NCBI GenBank assembly: GCA_000934665.2
Contig: JYFJ02002479.1
Location: forward strand, 1 to 56,187
Source: Catajapyx aquilonaris
Lineage: Eukaryota
Length of the DNA stretch: 56,187 nucleotides
Direction of reading: 5' to 3'
Numbering within the stretch: the first letter of the stretch is position 1; every line of letters starts with the position of its first letter. The translations under genes and the position numbers were made by a program. Of this stretch, positions 14,201 through 27,900 are shown one piece after another. Under the pieces are notes generated by a model. The model did no database searches, had not been told where the DNA came from, and saw only the letters and a list, made by a program, of their open reading frames with translations.

Positions 14201-15207
14201 GCTGAGGGTGGCCACAAACACACTGGAGTGTTGGCAACATACATCGACGGTCATCTGGAAGGTGAGTGGTCAGGGATGTAGGGGGTGACCAGTACTGCTC
14301 GAACGGCGAACTGCGAACGCCCAGGAAGTTCGGTGCTTCCAGTCGGTATTGCACATGTGCTAATGCGAACAGCACATACGGTAGATGCGTACAGCGGTGC
14401 GTAACGTGAATACACACACTTCAAATTACAAATGATTTCACTGCCTGCAATACGGAAGCGGGATTTGCATACCGGTACCTGATGAGTATTATGGAAAGTA
14501 TTTTACAGTGGCCATATGGCTCCAAGAATGTGCCCCAAATTTTTTAAGGAAAGTGGTCGGATTAAGAACGGACGGTTTTGCATTTTTGTTCAACTAATTA
14601 TTCCAGCTATTTGTGATGAAATTTTTACGGATGACGACAAGCATACCAGGTTGTTTACAGCATATAATCGGGGATTAAACCTTCTAGGCGCGATATAGGA
14701 ATTCATAACGTGACAAATTCTCACATTGTCTTCTTGTTTACTCATCACTGCCAACAAGACAATGTAATTCCTGAAGCGTTATGTCCTCAAATACACATCC
14801 CACTCATTCCGCACAATACTCTTACTTTTTCTCCTATTTATAACCCCTCAACGTCTTTCGGAATACCCATGCAAATTACATACCGCGACCTATTTGATAC
14901 GAAAGCGTCAGTACAAAATGACATTGGCACCTCATCATTGATAGGCGGAAAACTGTCGAGTTTTCTGAAAGCGGTCCATAGGGGAAAGCTGTACTGCTGG
15001 TACAGGAAACACATAGCCCCACTAGTCCCTTTCGCGAACCGAACGTGAATTAGTACACATAATAAGTGAAAATGATGCAACGTCCGGTCGACAATTAATG
15101 GTCATTGCTTATTACTTTTATACAATTTGAATCAACTCATAGTTTGTTGAACTTCTATCAAAACAGGCATCGTGATAAACATACGTGCAGTAGCTAGTAA
15201 TTCCAAA

Positions 15208-15251
15208 GCTTCGCCCATAGACCTTAGAGCTCTAAGGTCTATGGCTTCGCC
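15208..15251. mobile_element. Probable DNA-transposon (P superfamily) excision footprint
   Basis: 8-bp direct repeat gcttcgcc (15208-15215 and 15244-15251) directly flanks a perfect 28-bp palindrome, catagaccttagag/ctctaaggtctatg. Confidence 0.6.
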
Positions 15252-18200
15252 CTTGAAATGTGAACTTGCCCTGGCTAATGTACCGTTCTCCGGCAAACTC
15301 TGAGCGAGTCAGCACTGACCTTCCGTACCGACTAAGCTGCCCTTCGCATTTAGCTTCGAGTCAATAACTTCAGGTATTTCCGTGGAGACAAAGCTTCTTT
15401 AGGGTTGACACAAGGACGTGTGCCGTAATGCCCTATACAATACAAAAAAAAACTTCCTGACTGGGTCACGGCGAACTCCACGATTTGTCGTATTTACAGC
15501 TATTAGCTACATAGCAGAAACATATAAGTAATGTGCGGCCATGATTTGGCATCATCTCATTTCCGCTAGTGCACCTTAATAGCCACCTTCCGATAACTTT
15601 TGCCCACCCTTTCACTGGACTTGTTCTGTGTGACCCATTTGCCAAACTGCCCACAATAGCTTTCAGCAGGAGCTGACAGCGACACTTATTTCATAACTCA
15701 GTACACGTTTTTATGGTCGGCTGGGTACCCCAGACAAGAGCAGAATGTGCGTGAGAATCACCCTATCGTAAAATTTTTTTAAAACGTGTTAGACTTTATA
15801 ATATTACCGCGGCGAATTCATTATGGACACAAGACTCGTAAAATAAATGCTTCAGGAAACAAAACCGTCACGTATAAGACCAGAGGCAATAAGTGCCGAA
15901 ACCTGAATTTTACTTACTCCAACTCCTCCGAAGCCCTTCAGGCGACGCAATACGGTAATTCATGAAGTTGCACGCAGCTGGCAGAATTTTATTTGCATTT
16001 GCTTCAGGGGTACTTTCAGAAAGCTAACATTCACGGTCGGTCGTAAAAGAAATTTGTTGAGCATTCTGTCTCCACCTGTACCGTACAGTCTATAGCTATG
16101 GACCATCTCGTGTCTCAGACACAAATTGTTGCCCTATACCCTCTAGGTATGAGCATACCGGTACATTTTTGAGATTTCACAGTTCGCCCAAGCACATTCG
16201 CCCATGGCATTCCCTTGAATATCCGATCATAGTACCATCTGTTAATCTGACATTCCCAGATTAATTAAGACACTCTAATCCAACGAAAACCGTCGGACAG
16301 GAGCATGATGAAAACAGGCCATTACCTAGTTCGTTGAACTCTATAAAGAAGGAAGCTACGTACAAAAAAAAACTGCGGTAAATCTCCTGTGCTAAAATCA
16401 ATTTTTTTTACTTCCCCAAACTCCTTGACACAATGTGCAGACAGTCACCCGAACGAGCCTCGCTTATCTTCTTCTTCCAACTATGCCTTCAGGCAATCGC
16501 CATAACTTTGGCGTCTCGTTTGTCGAGCTAATTCCTGAATGGGAATCGCACAGTGTCGCTAACGGTACCTAATATACCGAGTGTCCAACGGTATGAACAA
16601 CTTGTAGGCAATACATTACCGGTACCTACGATGAAGTAATAATTTCCGGCACTTCTGATATTATGCCTGGATGTGACAATTGCCTCCCCAAAATTTTTGG
16701 CAAACTCCCGTTTTGATTGATGGAGGGCTTCCATGCATGTGATTACTGCTCACCTGATTACCCTGAATGTGCACGAGATGGCGTTTTTTTATTGCAAATA
16801 ATTGCTCCCACTAAAGATTGCATGAACGGTATAAAATGATATCGTACGCGCTAATTAATGACCTTTAAAAAAAATCGGACACGTGGTCAGAAAAACTGCT
16901 CATCCAGAACCCGCAAAAATCACCCACCGTCACCCCCAAAACTTTTGTCCGCACGCAGTTAGGAAGGACATTGTCCATGTCATATGGGAAAATACCCTGG
17001 CACACTTAGGGTCCCTTTCTTTTTGTCGTGTGATGCCAAACGCAAAGTACGAGACATATTCGACAAGGTCGTCCAGTACACGATCAGCTTCCATTTTTTT
17101 CGGGAGAAGACACACCGGTTTTCCAGAAAATCGCGTGCAGTGTGTGACAACATGCATCCACATCTAATTCTGGATACCCGGTCTGACGTGTTGTGAGTCA
17201 GCCGGTCACCTGGTTTCCGCACGAGGACAGAGGTCATCCTGGTCGTACCACTTCAGAGGGTCGGACATTTCACCACTTAGTTAAAAAAAAGGGAAAGCCA
17301 CTTTCTTTCGGGTCGCATCTGAGGATGACCCTCGATGAAAATCTTTTTGGGCGAGGTCATATGCGTACAAAGCAAGGTCGATGCATGATAGCCCCAATAG
17401 TCGATGGGAAGAAAGCTCTCAATTTTTTCACTCCAGCTCCTACGAATTACGAAAAAAAGATGTCGATTTAAATGTTCGCGAATATTTCGCAAATTACATT
17501 TCCTCACATCTTTAGAAAGGACGTGAAATTCCTTCGTTTCGTGTGCAGGAAACGCCTGCTGCCTCCCTTTAACAACCGCGGAACCCCTGCAAAAATCTGA
17601 GATAAACACATGTCCCTGTATAGGTTTTTCTTTCCCGGGAAAAAGGCGATGACCTGCCTTATGCCGAAATGGCCGCCATTTGTATCACTTTTCGTTGCAA
17701 CCCATAATTTATAGAGCGGGCTCGTTTCACGCCATTTTTCAACCCACCAACTAGTACACTCAACCTGTTAGGCGATTTCTTGGTATTTTCAGTACCTGAT
17801 TCGTGACTAGGCATCTATTTATACACCTACCCAGTACCCACCCATCCCTAATTCACCATGCAAAAAAGGCCATACTGCCAATATGTCACGTACAGCTGAA
17901 TTTTGACAATTCAGCTGAAAAATGGATCCTCCTGACAGTGGAATGACTCGGAAGGACTAGAAAATCACGAACGGCTCAATTAGTATCTAGGTGTTATTTT
18001 CCCCCCTCCCAGCTATAGTACGTGCCAGCCAGTTCCCAGTATGACGTGACACGTCTCACGACAAAAAACACACACATAATGGCAAAAGTTAATTTTTACT
18101 TCTTCTCAAGGACCGCTTTTCCAGGTCAAGAATAAAGTAGCCGTGTCACCATTTACAGGGTGGAGCATAAATAGCCCGTGTGCGACATTAAGATCGATTC

Positions 18201-18334
18201 GGGCCACGATTTTGGGCGTCACCGCCGCGGTTACCTGAAGCCTATGTAATTAACGCGCTAGAAGGTGTCCTTGCCAACAGGATTGAATGACTAACATTTG
18301 CTAAGACCCCGGAAGCATCCAGCATGTACGTTGC

Positions 18335-18912
18335 AATTATTTTTATTTATTTATTAGTTCACTTTTATTTGTCTATTTTTATTTATCGATTTTTATTTAT
18401 TCATTTTTATTTTATTCATTCATTTTTATTTTCATTTTATTCATTCATTTTTTATTTTATTTTATTCATTCATTTTTATTTTCATTTTATTCATTCATTT
18501 TTTATTTTATTTTATTCATTCATTTTTTTTATTTTATTTATTCATTTTTATTTTATTCATTCATTTTTATTTTCATTTTATTCAGTCATTTTTTATTTTC
18601 TTTCATTTATTCATTTTTTAAATTTATTTATTTTATTTTATTTATTCATTTTTATTTGTATTTGTATTTATGCAATTTTATTTATTTATTTTTATTTATT
18701 CATTTTTATTTGTATTTATGCAATTTTATTTATTTATTTATTTTTATTTATTCATTTATATTATCGTTACTTATATTTATTTATTTATATTTATATTTTC
18801 GTTATTTATATTTATTTATATTTATATTTTCGTTATTTATATTCATTTATATTCATTTATATTTTATATTCATTTATATTTTTATGTATTTGTTTGTTTA
18901 TAATATTAAAAT
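18335..18912. repeat. AT-rich low-complexity / degenerate tandem-repeat tract
   Basis: ~580 bp of T-rich units (ttttattcattca, ttatttatatt) with almost no G on the plus strand. Confidence 0.95.
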
Positions 18913-21900
18913 ACTTCGTTGTATGACCGACGTTTCCGATTGGCCCCCGCTCTGCGCCTGCGCACTGGGGAGAGGCACCGCCTCTGGTGGATGGGAGGAG
19001 GAACTACGGTACTTGATATACCGGTATAATATAAGCTCAATATTGGAGTTTGCTGATATTCTTCACTCAATATTTGATCCAAAAACTATCTAAAATTTTG
19101 ATCACTGCTATAGTTCATCTGAACACAATCCCCATCGGTCCCATTGAATGTCGTCAACCTTTATCTCTCACAGCGATTATTGCGACCAACCAACCATTGA
19201 CGGGGCACAACCGAAAAATGCCAATCGATATTTTTGCTCCCATATAGAGTGCAAAAAAGCTTGACGTCGCACTTTCACTGCACCCGGATACCCTTCCAAA
19301 CGAGGAAGACCACAACCGCAACACTCCACAATTTGAGCGAACCAGCAAGGCGGGCATCGTGCCACTCTAATCACCTTTAAAAACCAACAGAGCCAGCTTC
19401 AAAATTACCTAGCCCGAAGCATTCCAGTCTACTTGTCGCCCCCCCCNTTAACCCAACCCTCCACGGTTAACCGTACTACATTGCCGAGGTCACCTCTTCG
19501 GCGCCGATGGAACCCTCTTCATCACCCGCCGCCGGGAAATGCGCAACCAAATTTGGCAAAAAATTCCGCCATGACAGCCGATCTTTGAGAGAACAGGTTG
19601 ATCTTGATTCGTACGTCGTTCAAGTATGTGATATCCCCCTCTTTTTATACCCCCCACCCCCTACCTCCTCACCTGCTCTCAAAAACGGCTGCCAACTTTC
19701 GGGGTCGATATTCTCAGGTGATTCCAAGGTAACTTCGGCAATGCAAACGACCTTGCTGGGAGGTGAGGGATGTGTGTTTTGTTGCCGCAATCTGGGGTCT
19801 CCTCACCTGGTGTGAACAATGGAAAAGAAATCCCCAGGGACTGCATGCTACCTGGACTATAACCCCATAGTACATGATGGGAAATGAACAATGCAGGAAT
19901 GGTGCAAATGGCATTTTTAGCCAGGGCCGTAACTATATGAACATGTGAGTGAATTCCCCATCATATTAGTAGATCCGCCTATTTTCATAACCTGGAAACG
20001 CACTGGAAGCAAATATGCAGCAATTAGTCCAGTTCCAGTACGACAAAGCCTGCTTCCCAAAAACAATTCGAAATTTTGTAACAACGCACATTCCGTATGT
20101 GACAAGCGTGTGACTGGCACAGCAAAATATGCGTGCTTGGAATTCATATTGTTCTAACATGTGAGATATATAGGCTCTCCAGTCCCTCGCTGGAGCCTAT
20201 AATTTCTGATGCAGAATGCGTCCCAAATTCTCCGAAATTTGGTCCCTATTGTGTGGGCTTGTCCTTTGCCAAGAATATTAAGGTCAATGTCGAGTTTTTG
20301 TGGTCCTGAACAACCTTCGGCCAGTGCACACAATAGATGACCACCATACGGCGCAGGATCCAAAAAATTCGCCACGTACTTGCATCTGCGACAAAGAAGA
20401 AGGTGACACTCAGAACCACTCAACCGGCACAGGGTATGGACCACAAAAAATACCATTCACAAATTGACAGTGCATGGTTAGGTTCATTCTAAGAAATGTC
20501 ACATCGTAAGGATGATAAAAATCCGGTTTCTCTTTCTGAGTATATCTTTAATAGTATCATTCCTATTGCATTCCAACGGGCATGTTACGCCAGTGTGACA
20601 AACAGAGTTGTTTACTTTCTGCTCATTTCTAGGCGTCAGAAAAAAAGGAAAAAGTGTAGCACAGCAGCCAACTAGTTACACAATAGGTGCAGCTAGAATA
20701 TTTTATACCACATATCCTGTAAGAGCTTTCACTGCTACGACACGAGGCAAGTGTGGAAATTAAAAGCGAAACTATTAATTTGGCATCTCGTGACACATTG
20801 TCGGCCTTGCCACATGTTATCGACGCTTGTCGTTTCTTGTGCAAGTGGTAAACTGACCCATATTTTTTCGTACTCAAGCCACGTGACATCGAGTTATCAA
20901 CCTGCCAAATATTCACCAACAAATCAAAATACAGTTCCGGAGCAAAATGCTGCGTCGATTATGGGCATTGAATTACCCGTATATCCTGCATATCGTATTA
21001 CCGACAGGTCTGCAAGTAATAGGACGCGGTCATTCACTGTGCAAGACATGTGCAATTTAGATCGTGGCAAATACTCAGCTGTTCTGCAAACAGTACATGT
21101 GTCGACAATTTCCCTGGCTCATTATGCACAGAGCTCACTCTCCCATATTTCGCAGAAATGTGAAAATAATGGATCGCCTACTGGTCGTTTTCACCTGTCA
21201 CACATTGCTGACCACTTGGCATCCACCTATGACCCGTCCTTTCCATTTCAGAACAAAATTAATGTCGGAACACAAATAATATCCTGCATATCACACTTCA
21301 CGTCTATCACCCTGCTTAACGGGTGATATGCCTTGCAGGATATTTCTTGTGACGTCACGCAATATAATTATGTTTCGCAGGCAAAAATGTAGATATGGCC
21401 TATACGGTAACTGACCATCCGGCTGCGCTGGAGGGAAGTTGACTGAATTACCACTAGTATACAGTGAATAAAACCGGATTTTCGCAACACCTGAAGGCAT
21501 GGCAAGGTCGCTTAAGGTTAATGCAAAAATTGTCCATTACCCACTTCCTTACCACAAAAACAAATGCACGCAAATGAAAGTCGTCGAAAGCATACACATC
21601 ATCCCGTTTGCCACATACGAATGACACCCATCACTCTGGCCTAGTTAACTTATCACACGATCTTAATTTTTTGTTGCACTTGAGCAACACTTCTGTACCA
21701 ACCATTGTGCATGTACCTACCAGCTAATATCAAGGCCACCCTGTAATGACACTAATTTCAATCTATTCTGAGAAAAGGTCTCATTAGCGCACATTGCACC
21801 ATCCAGATGAGTGTGAGAGCAAAGTGATGTTTCCTGGGACTCCACCAATGCGCAACTTGCAAAATTGGGGATGTTCATGCATCGTAAATTAAACTTCCTG

Positions 21901-21920
21901 TTTTTCCTCCACAGTGCAAA

Positions 21921-24900
21921 ATGTGGCCGATGCAACAACGACTTCGGTTCCCACGCCTACTGGCTGCGTCTCTGTTGCTGCTACTGGCAATCGAGTCTAC
22001 GTGGGCAGGTGAGAAGAGCTGTTATTTTGTCTGGAAAAAAGGGTCATCTAACCTGTTTCAGCCGTTACGACCCTACCAATTTGCAAAAAAAAAGAGATGG
22101 CAATGTCAAACAATATGCGAAGAAGAACTATAATTAAAACCTAGAAAGAGTGTAAAAAATGTGTTGCCGCCAGATAGGCGGTTCGGGTGCAAATTCTTTT
22201 AGTCACGCCATTTTTTAGCCGGATACGGATGAGTCCACTCATGCACCTTTTTTGGCCAAAAAAGTCACGAAGTTTCCTGGAATAATTGCATGGGTTTCAG
22301 AATCCCCACTTTTTCAAATCTGAGTAGGACTATAGGAAGTAACTCAAGTGTGTTGCCGGAAGCTTTTTGCAAGCATTAGCAATAGTGTTGAGGTGGATAT
22401 TAACATTCTAAAACGGTTTTCCCCCCATGGCGCGTTGACCTCTAACGAAAAAAAAAATGCGAGAGAATTTTTTGCAATTAACAGGATTATCCTAAAATCA
22501 TGACGAGCCAGCGGGCCAGCAGGTGAGAGATCCGGTTCGTTCGTGACAAATAATAAATATGGCTCCTTGGAATGTGCATGTCTCCCCCTTTTTTTTGTTG
22601 GAGCTCTGAGACATCGCCTGACCAGATTCTCCTTTTCAGTTCCCTTTCAACGAAAAAGCGGATTATCCGAGAATGTCTACATAATCTACAGCAATGACAC
22701 TGGAACGACTGAGGAAAGAAGAGGTGGAGTTAAATTACATAACATTTTAAAGCATATGACGAGCTGCTTTTAAACCATTGTTCGTACATTCACAGTATGC
22801 GAGATAGACGGTGTCCGCTACCAGAAGGGGGAGTCCATACCATCTTCGGACGTGTGCGAAGAATGTGTTTGTCACCCACCTGGATTTGCATGCACCATCA
22901 CGAACTGCCAGCATAAGAGTGGATGCAAGGCGATACAGCGATCCAATCAGTGTTGTCCCGAATTCAAGTGTGGTATGTGTTGCCTGTGAGTGTCGGTGAA
23001 TTCTCTTTAATGACTTTATGTTACATATAGAATGCGAGAAGGATGGTCGGATCTACCAGAATGGAGACAGAATTGTTGACCTGCGCAACCCTTGCCACGT
23101 CTGCTTCTGCCAAGGAGGAGAAGTGCGATGCTCCGAGATCCAATGCTACTGGAGAAGCGACTGCAAACCTCGCTTCCTGGAACATCGCTGCTGCCCCATC
23201 TATGAGCACTGCCCTCCTATCGGTACAGTATAATGTTGCTTGCTCTGCGTATGCCTCCAAGCAATGATAAAAATGAATATTTGGTCGATATTCTAAAAAA
23301 AAACTCTCTGCCAAAATAATGGTTAGGCCAATCATAAATGATACTAAAGTTTCATATTCTAGCTTTAGTCTCAAAATCTCGTTACTAAAATAATGGGCTT
23401 CACACAGGAAAAGTAAAATATCCTGGCAAGTATGCGTCCCACCGCGCAATCTTGCCCTTTCCTTTTGTATCCTGTCAGTGCTACTGCACTGCGATACAGC
23501 CTCTACGTTACATTGTAATTTTTCATTCCAAACTAGCAAAATTGCCAACGTTATGTAGAAGTGTAGCGTACGACAATGGTAGTCATATTGCCAGGAATTG
23601 AAGTAAGGCTTGTGAAATTGGATCCCCTTATAATTATGTGGAACACCACCTTATGTTTGACATTATTTTGAAAACGTCGAAAAGCCTATCTCCTGTAATA
23701 TCTAAAATGGTTGCTAAGTTGGGCACCCCGGTATCTCGGAAGGTGGACACTTTTCCTATCCAAGTTGGACAAGGACAGTACGCTTTTCACATTTACTGTA
23801 CGTGCATTCTCGTTTTGAGCTGCGCTTAGCTCTGCATTAATTTTGAAGCATGCCATCATGTCTTGCGTCATCCTCACTTGATTCATTGCCAGATGAAAAT
23901 GAAAAGGCTGAAAAATCTAGTTGCGATGATAAACCTCCTTCTCATCAGGATACCCTTGAGTGCATTAAAAATTTGAATATGCATTTGCACACCAACAAAC
24001 TCTTATTGACGACATTTTTGCTGCACGAAATAAAACTGAAGTTTCTGATTATAAAGAGAGGCAAATGTAAGTCACTTGTTACCGATTTTTAAAACAACGA
24101 GAAATTGCGTGGTGCAATGCTACTGCAGTGTATTTGCACACTATTGTACTGTACTGTACAATGAAACCTGTGAAGCTGAAAACCCTTACTGTATGCAGTG
24201 CAGTGTGTTGTACAATTTATTCAGAACAGTAAATGCCCACTGTAACAGGGAGGCAAAAGAACTAATAGGCAGCAATATTTGGCAGACAATGTCAGCCCAC
24301 GAACAATCAGAGTACTGTACAGTACAATCGCACCAGAAGGCGTGACTGTATCGCAATGAGTGGCAATGACAAGAAATGAAGAAGAAGAAAAAAAATCACT
24401 TGCTCGCATATACGTTCAATGGTCGTTCAATAGATCATATCTCCATATGGTAGGAAGGTGGTATGCATTGACTAACATCACATATTATGGTATCGTCAAA
24501 GTATTTTCTGTATGAAATATTGTCCTTCTAGCTTGGAAGTGTGCTAGTGATTGTATGCTAGCGTCATCTATTCTCATTGTCACTTTTACTTTGTAGTTCC
24601 CTTCAACCCAGCAACGCCCATCTCTGCTGGACTGAGGCCACAACTGTCAGGAAATCCCCTGGTTTCAGTGCTGAGCGAAGCTGCTCTGTCTAGTACAACT
24701 GCAGCACCGGCTGTGCCGTCGGAGGCGTCGCGTCTTCCTGAAGTTGTTCTTCCCGTGACAAGAAGCACCGCAGCCCCGACGTTTACTCCACAAGTAACTT
24801 CCATCCCCCCGAGTACCGAGGCGCCAACGACAGCTAAGCTTCCGGAACCAGTGATCCCTGAGAAAGTGGACCAGATACTAGAAGTTCAAGAAATTCTCGT

Positions 24901-27900
24901 GGACAAGGTTCCAGAACCGATTCCGGTGAACAACGTGCCAGAAGAGATCCCAGTTGATAAGATTGCCGAAGCAAGTCCCATCGATAATGTACCAGAAGCA
25001 CCAGCAACAGGTCCAGTTTACGTACCAGAAGCACCAGCAGAAAGTTCAGTCTACGTACCAGAAGCACCAGCAGAAAGTCCAGTTTACGTACCAGAGGCAC
25101 CAGCAGAAAGTCCAGTCTACGTACCAGAAGCACCAGCAGAAAGTCCAGTTTACGTACCAGAGGCACCAGAAGAAAGTCCAGTTTATGTACCAGAGGAACC
25201 AGCAGAAAGTCCGGTCTATGTACCAGAAGCACCCGCAAAAAGTCCTGTTAAGGTACCCGAGGCACCAGTAGCAAGTCAAATTAGTGGATCAGAGGCACCA
25301 GAAGAAATCCCACATCCTGTAACAGATGCACCTGAAGCCGCCACGAGTGAACCAGTCAATATCGAAGAGAGCCCTGTTCAGAAACTACCTGAAGTAATTC
25401 CTGCACAAGAAGTATCTGTTTTAATCCCGGATGAGATAGTGACAGACAAAATTCCTAGCGACCAAGTACTAGAGGCAGATGACAAAATAATCGAAGAAGT
25501 TACTGCTGTGCCAGTTGACCAAGTACCACAGGAAACTCCAGGTGAACCTAAACCACCAGCAATCCCTGAAGACGACTTGCCGCAAGATCTTCCTAAGGAT
25601 GAATTACCGGAGCAGGTCCCTACTGTACCAGAAGTCATTATCCTCGAAAAAGTACCAGTACAACCAGAGGCAAACCCAGTCGACGCGGGAGAAGATGAGG
25701 TTGTTCCTGAAGAATCACCAATTGACAAATCTCAGGACCCTGTCCCAGTCGAACAAGAACAAATTACGACAGAAAAATTACCTGAGGAGATTCTGATAGT
25801 TACAGAAGCCGTTGTTCCATTACCCGCTGACAAAATACAATCAGATAATCAGATTACACCAGAAAAGAAACCCGAAGAAGTGGTAAATGACGTCGTCGAG
25901 GTGCAACAGGAGATACAAGTACCTGAAGCTGCAATTACAAAGGCTCCCGAAGAGATCGTCATCGCCGACGAGGTAGAAACGGAACAACCGGAGAAGGTGC
26001 TGGGTGAAGAAATCGCTGCTCCACTGACCGAACAAGCTCAGCAAGTGACTGAAGAGGTCCCAATTGCTGCGGATGAAGTACTAGTGGCTGTCGAAATACC
26101 TACCAATGCGGCCGCAAACAAAATCTCAGCTGAAGTTCCCGTGGCCCACGATGCAGAAGATGCTGACAACGAGCCAAATGATGAGGACGAAAAAATCGAA
26201 GAAGCACTCCCCGCCACTGCGAGTCCTAATGCAGTCCAAGAAGTACCTGCACAACCCTCACAGCAAGCTCCACATGATGCAGTCGAGGAGGTTAAGTCTG
26301 AAGCACCCGCAGTAGAGGAAGTGACTACCTTGCTCCCAGAAAAAGAAGTGCCCGCAGTTGAAGCGCCGAAGCCAACAGACGAAGCATCCAGACCCCAGGG
26401 CGACTTTGTCCAAGAAATGGTAAATTTGATTGAGGATGTTGGTCAGGTCAGCCTCACGACAACTCAGCAAACGGCGGTAAAGGAAATCATCAAAGATGCT
26501 CTTGACAGCAGTGATGGCATTGTTCTACAAGTGGCGGGTACCACGTACTTTCCTGATGGAAGGCAGCCAGTAACCGCCGAACCTGGCAAGCCAGAGGCTG
26601 ATTCTTTGATCGGAGAGGAAGAAAAAGACCTTCCCGAAGTGGTAGCCGACACTACAGAGAGTGATCAACCACAAGACAAGGAAGTAATCCCACCAGCAAT
26701 ACCTGACGTTGTTTCCAGTGATGTAATTCACATAAGTGAAGACATGGAGTCTCAATTACTTGGTGGAACAGAAGAGAAGGTCATTATTGAAATAGAAGCA
26801 CCTCCCCCAAGCAGCGGAAAAGAATCCGATGGTAGTGTTTTAATAGCCATAGAAATAGCTACAACTCCCTCGGAGAATGACAAACTATCATCAGAGACCG
26901 AAACAGCACCATCCGTAGCACCTGGTCTACCAAACAAAGAAGTTGATGTGGTTGCTGACAAAATCATGGACTATGGGTTTGACTCAAGCAATGCGGAAGT
27001 CGAGTTTCCAGAAATCCCAGATTCTGACGAGAATGTCGAGCAGACGGAATCTAGCTATGTCTTAAAATCCAGTGAGATTTCCACCGAAATACCTGTACCA
27101 TCACAAGACCTGACTCCCCCAGAAGTGCAAGAACCTGTAATTAACCAAGAACTCCAACCTCCCAGTGCCCTTTACAATGAGGAGCCGCTGACAGTTACCG
27201 AGATATATAAGGACGAAGAAGAAGCGCCACTTTCAGAAGATCCGAGTGCAGTTTCACCAACTGAACTGCCACAGATAATAGCAGATGAAGGGGTAAAAGA
27301 AGAGGAAAAACAAAATTACGAACAGGCACCACTCTCAAGCGAGGTTAGTTCAGATTCACCAACTGAGTCACCACAAATCACAACAGATGAAGAGGTAAAG
27401 GTAGGAGACCAGCAGAAAGAAGAAAAGGTGCCACTCTCAGATGATCTGAGTTCTGATTCACCAACTGAATCACCACATATCCCAACAGACGAAGAGGTAA
27501 AAGAAGCAGAGCAGAATGAAGAGAAGGTGCCACACTCAGATGATCTGAGTTCTGATTCACCAACTGAATCAACACAGATCACAATAAATGAAGAGGTAAA
27601 GGAAGCAGAGCAGAACGAAGAAAAGGTGCCACACTCAGATGCTCTGAGTTCTGATTCACCAACTGAATCACCACAGATCACAACAGATGAAGAGGTAAAA
27701 GAAGCAGATAAATACGAAGAAAAGGTACCACACTCAGATGATCTGAGTTCTGATTCACCAACTGAATCACCACAGATCACAACAGATGAAGATGTAAAAG
27801 AAGCAGATAAATACGAAGAAAAGGTACCACACTCAGATGATCTGAGTTCAGATTCACCAACTGAACTGCCGCAGGTAACAGCAAATCAAGAGGTAAACGA

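Noticed and set aside
18324..19093. ORFs of 200, 145 and 77 aa rich in F/I/Y/L that look like membrane proteins
   Set aside because: They are translations of the T-rich simple repeat, which lacks stops by composition.
20751..21326. 191-aa ORF upstream of the first VWC gene
   Set aside because: GTG start, no motif or splice support; probably in a 5'UTR intron.
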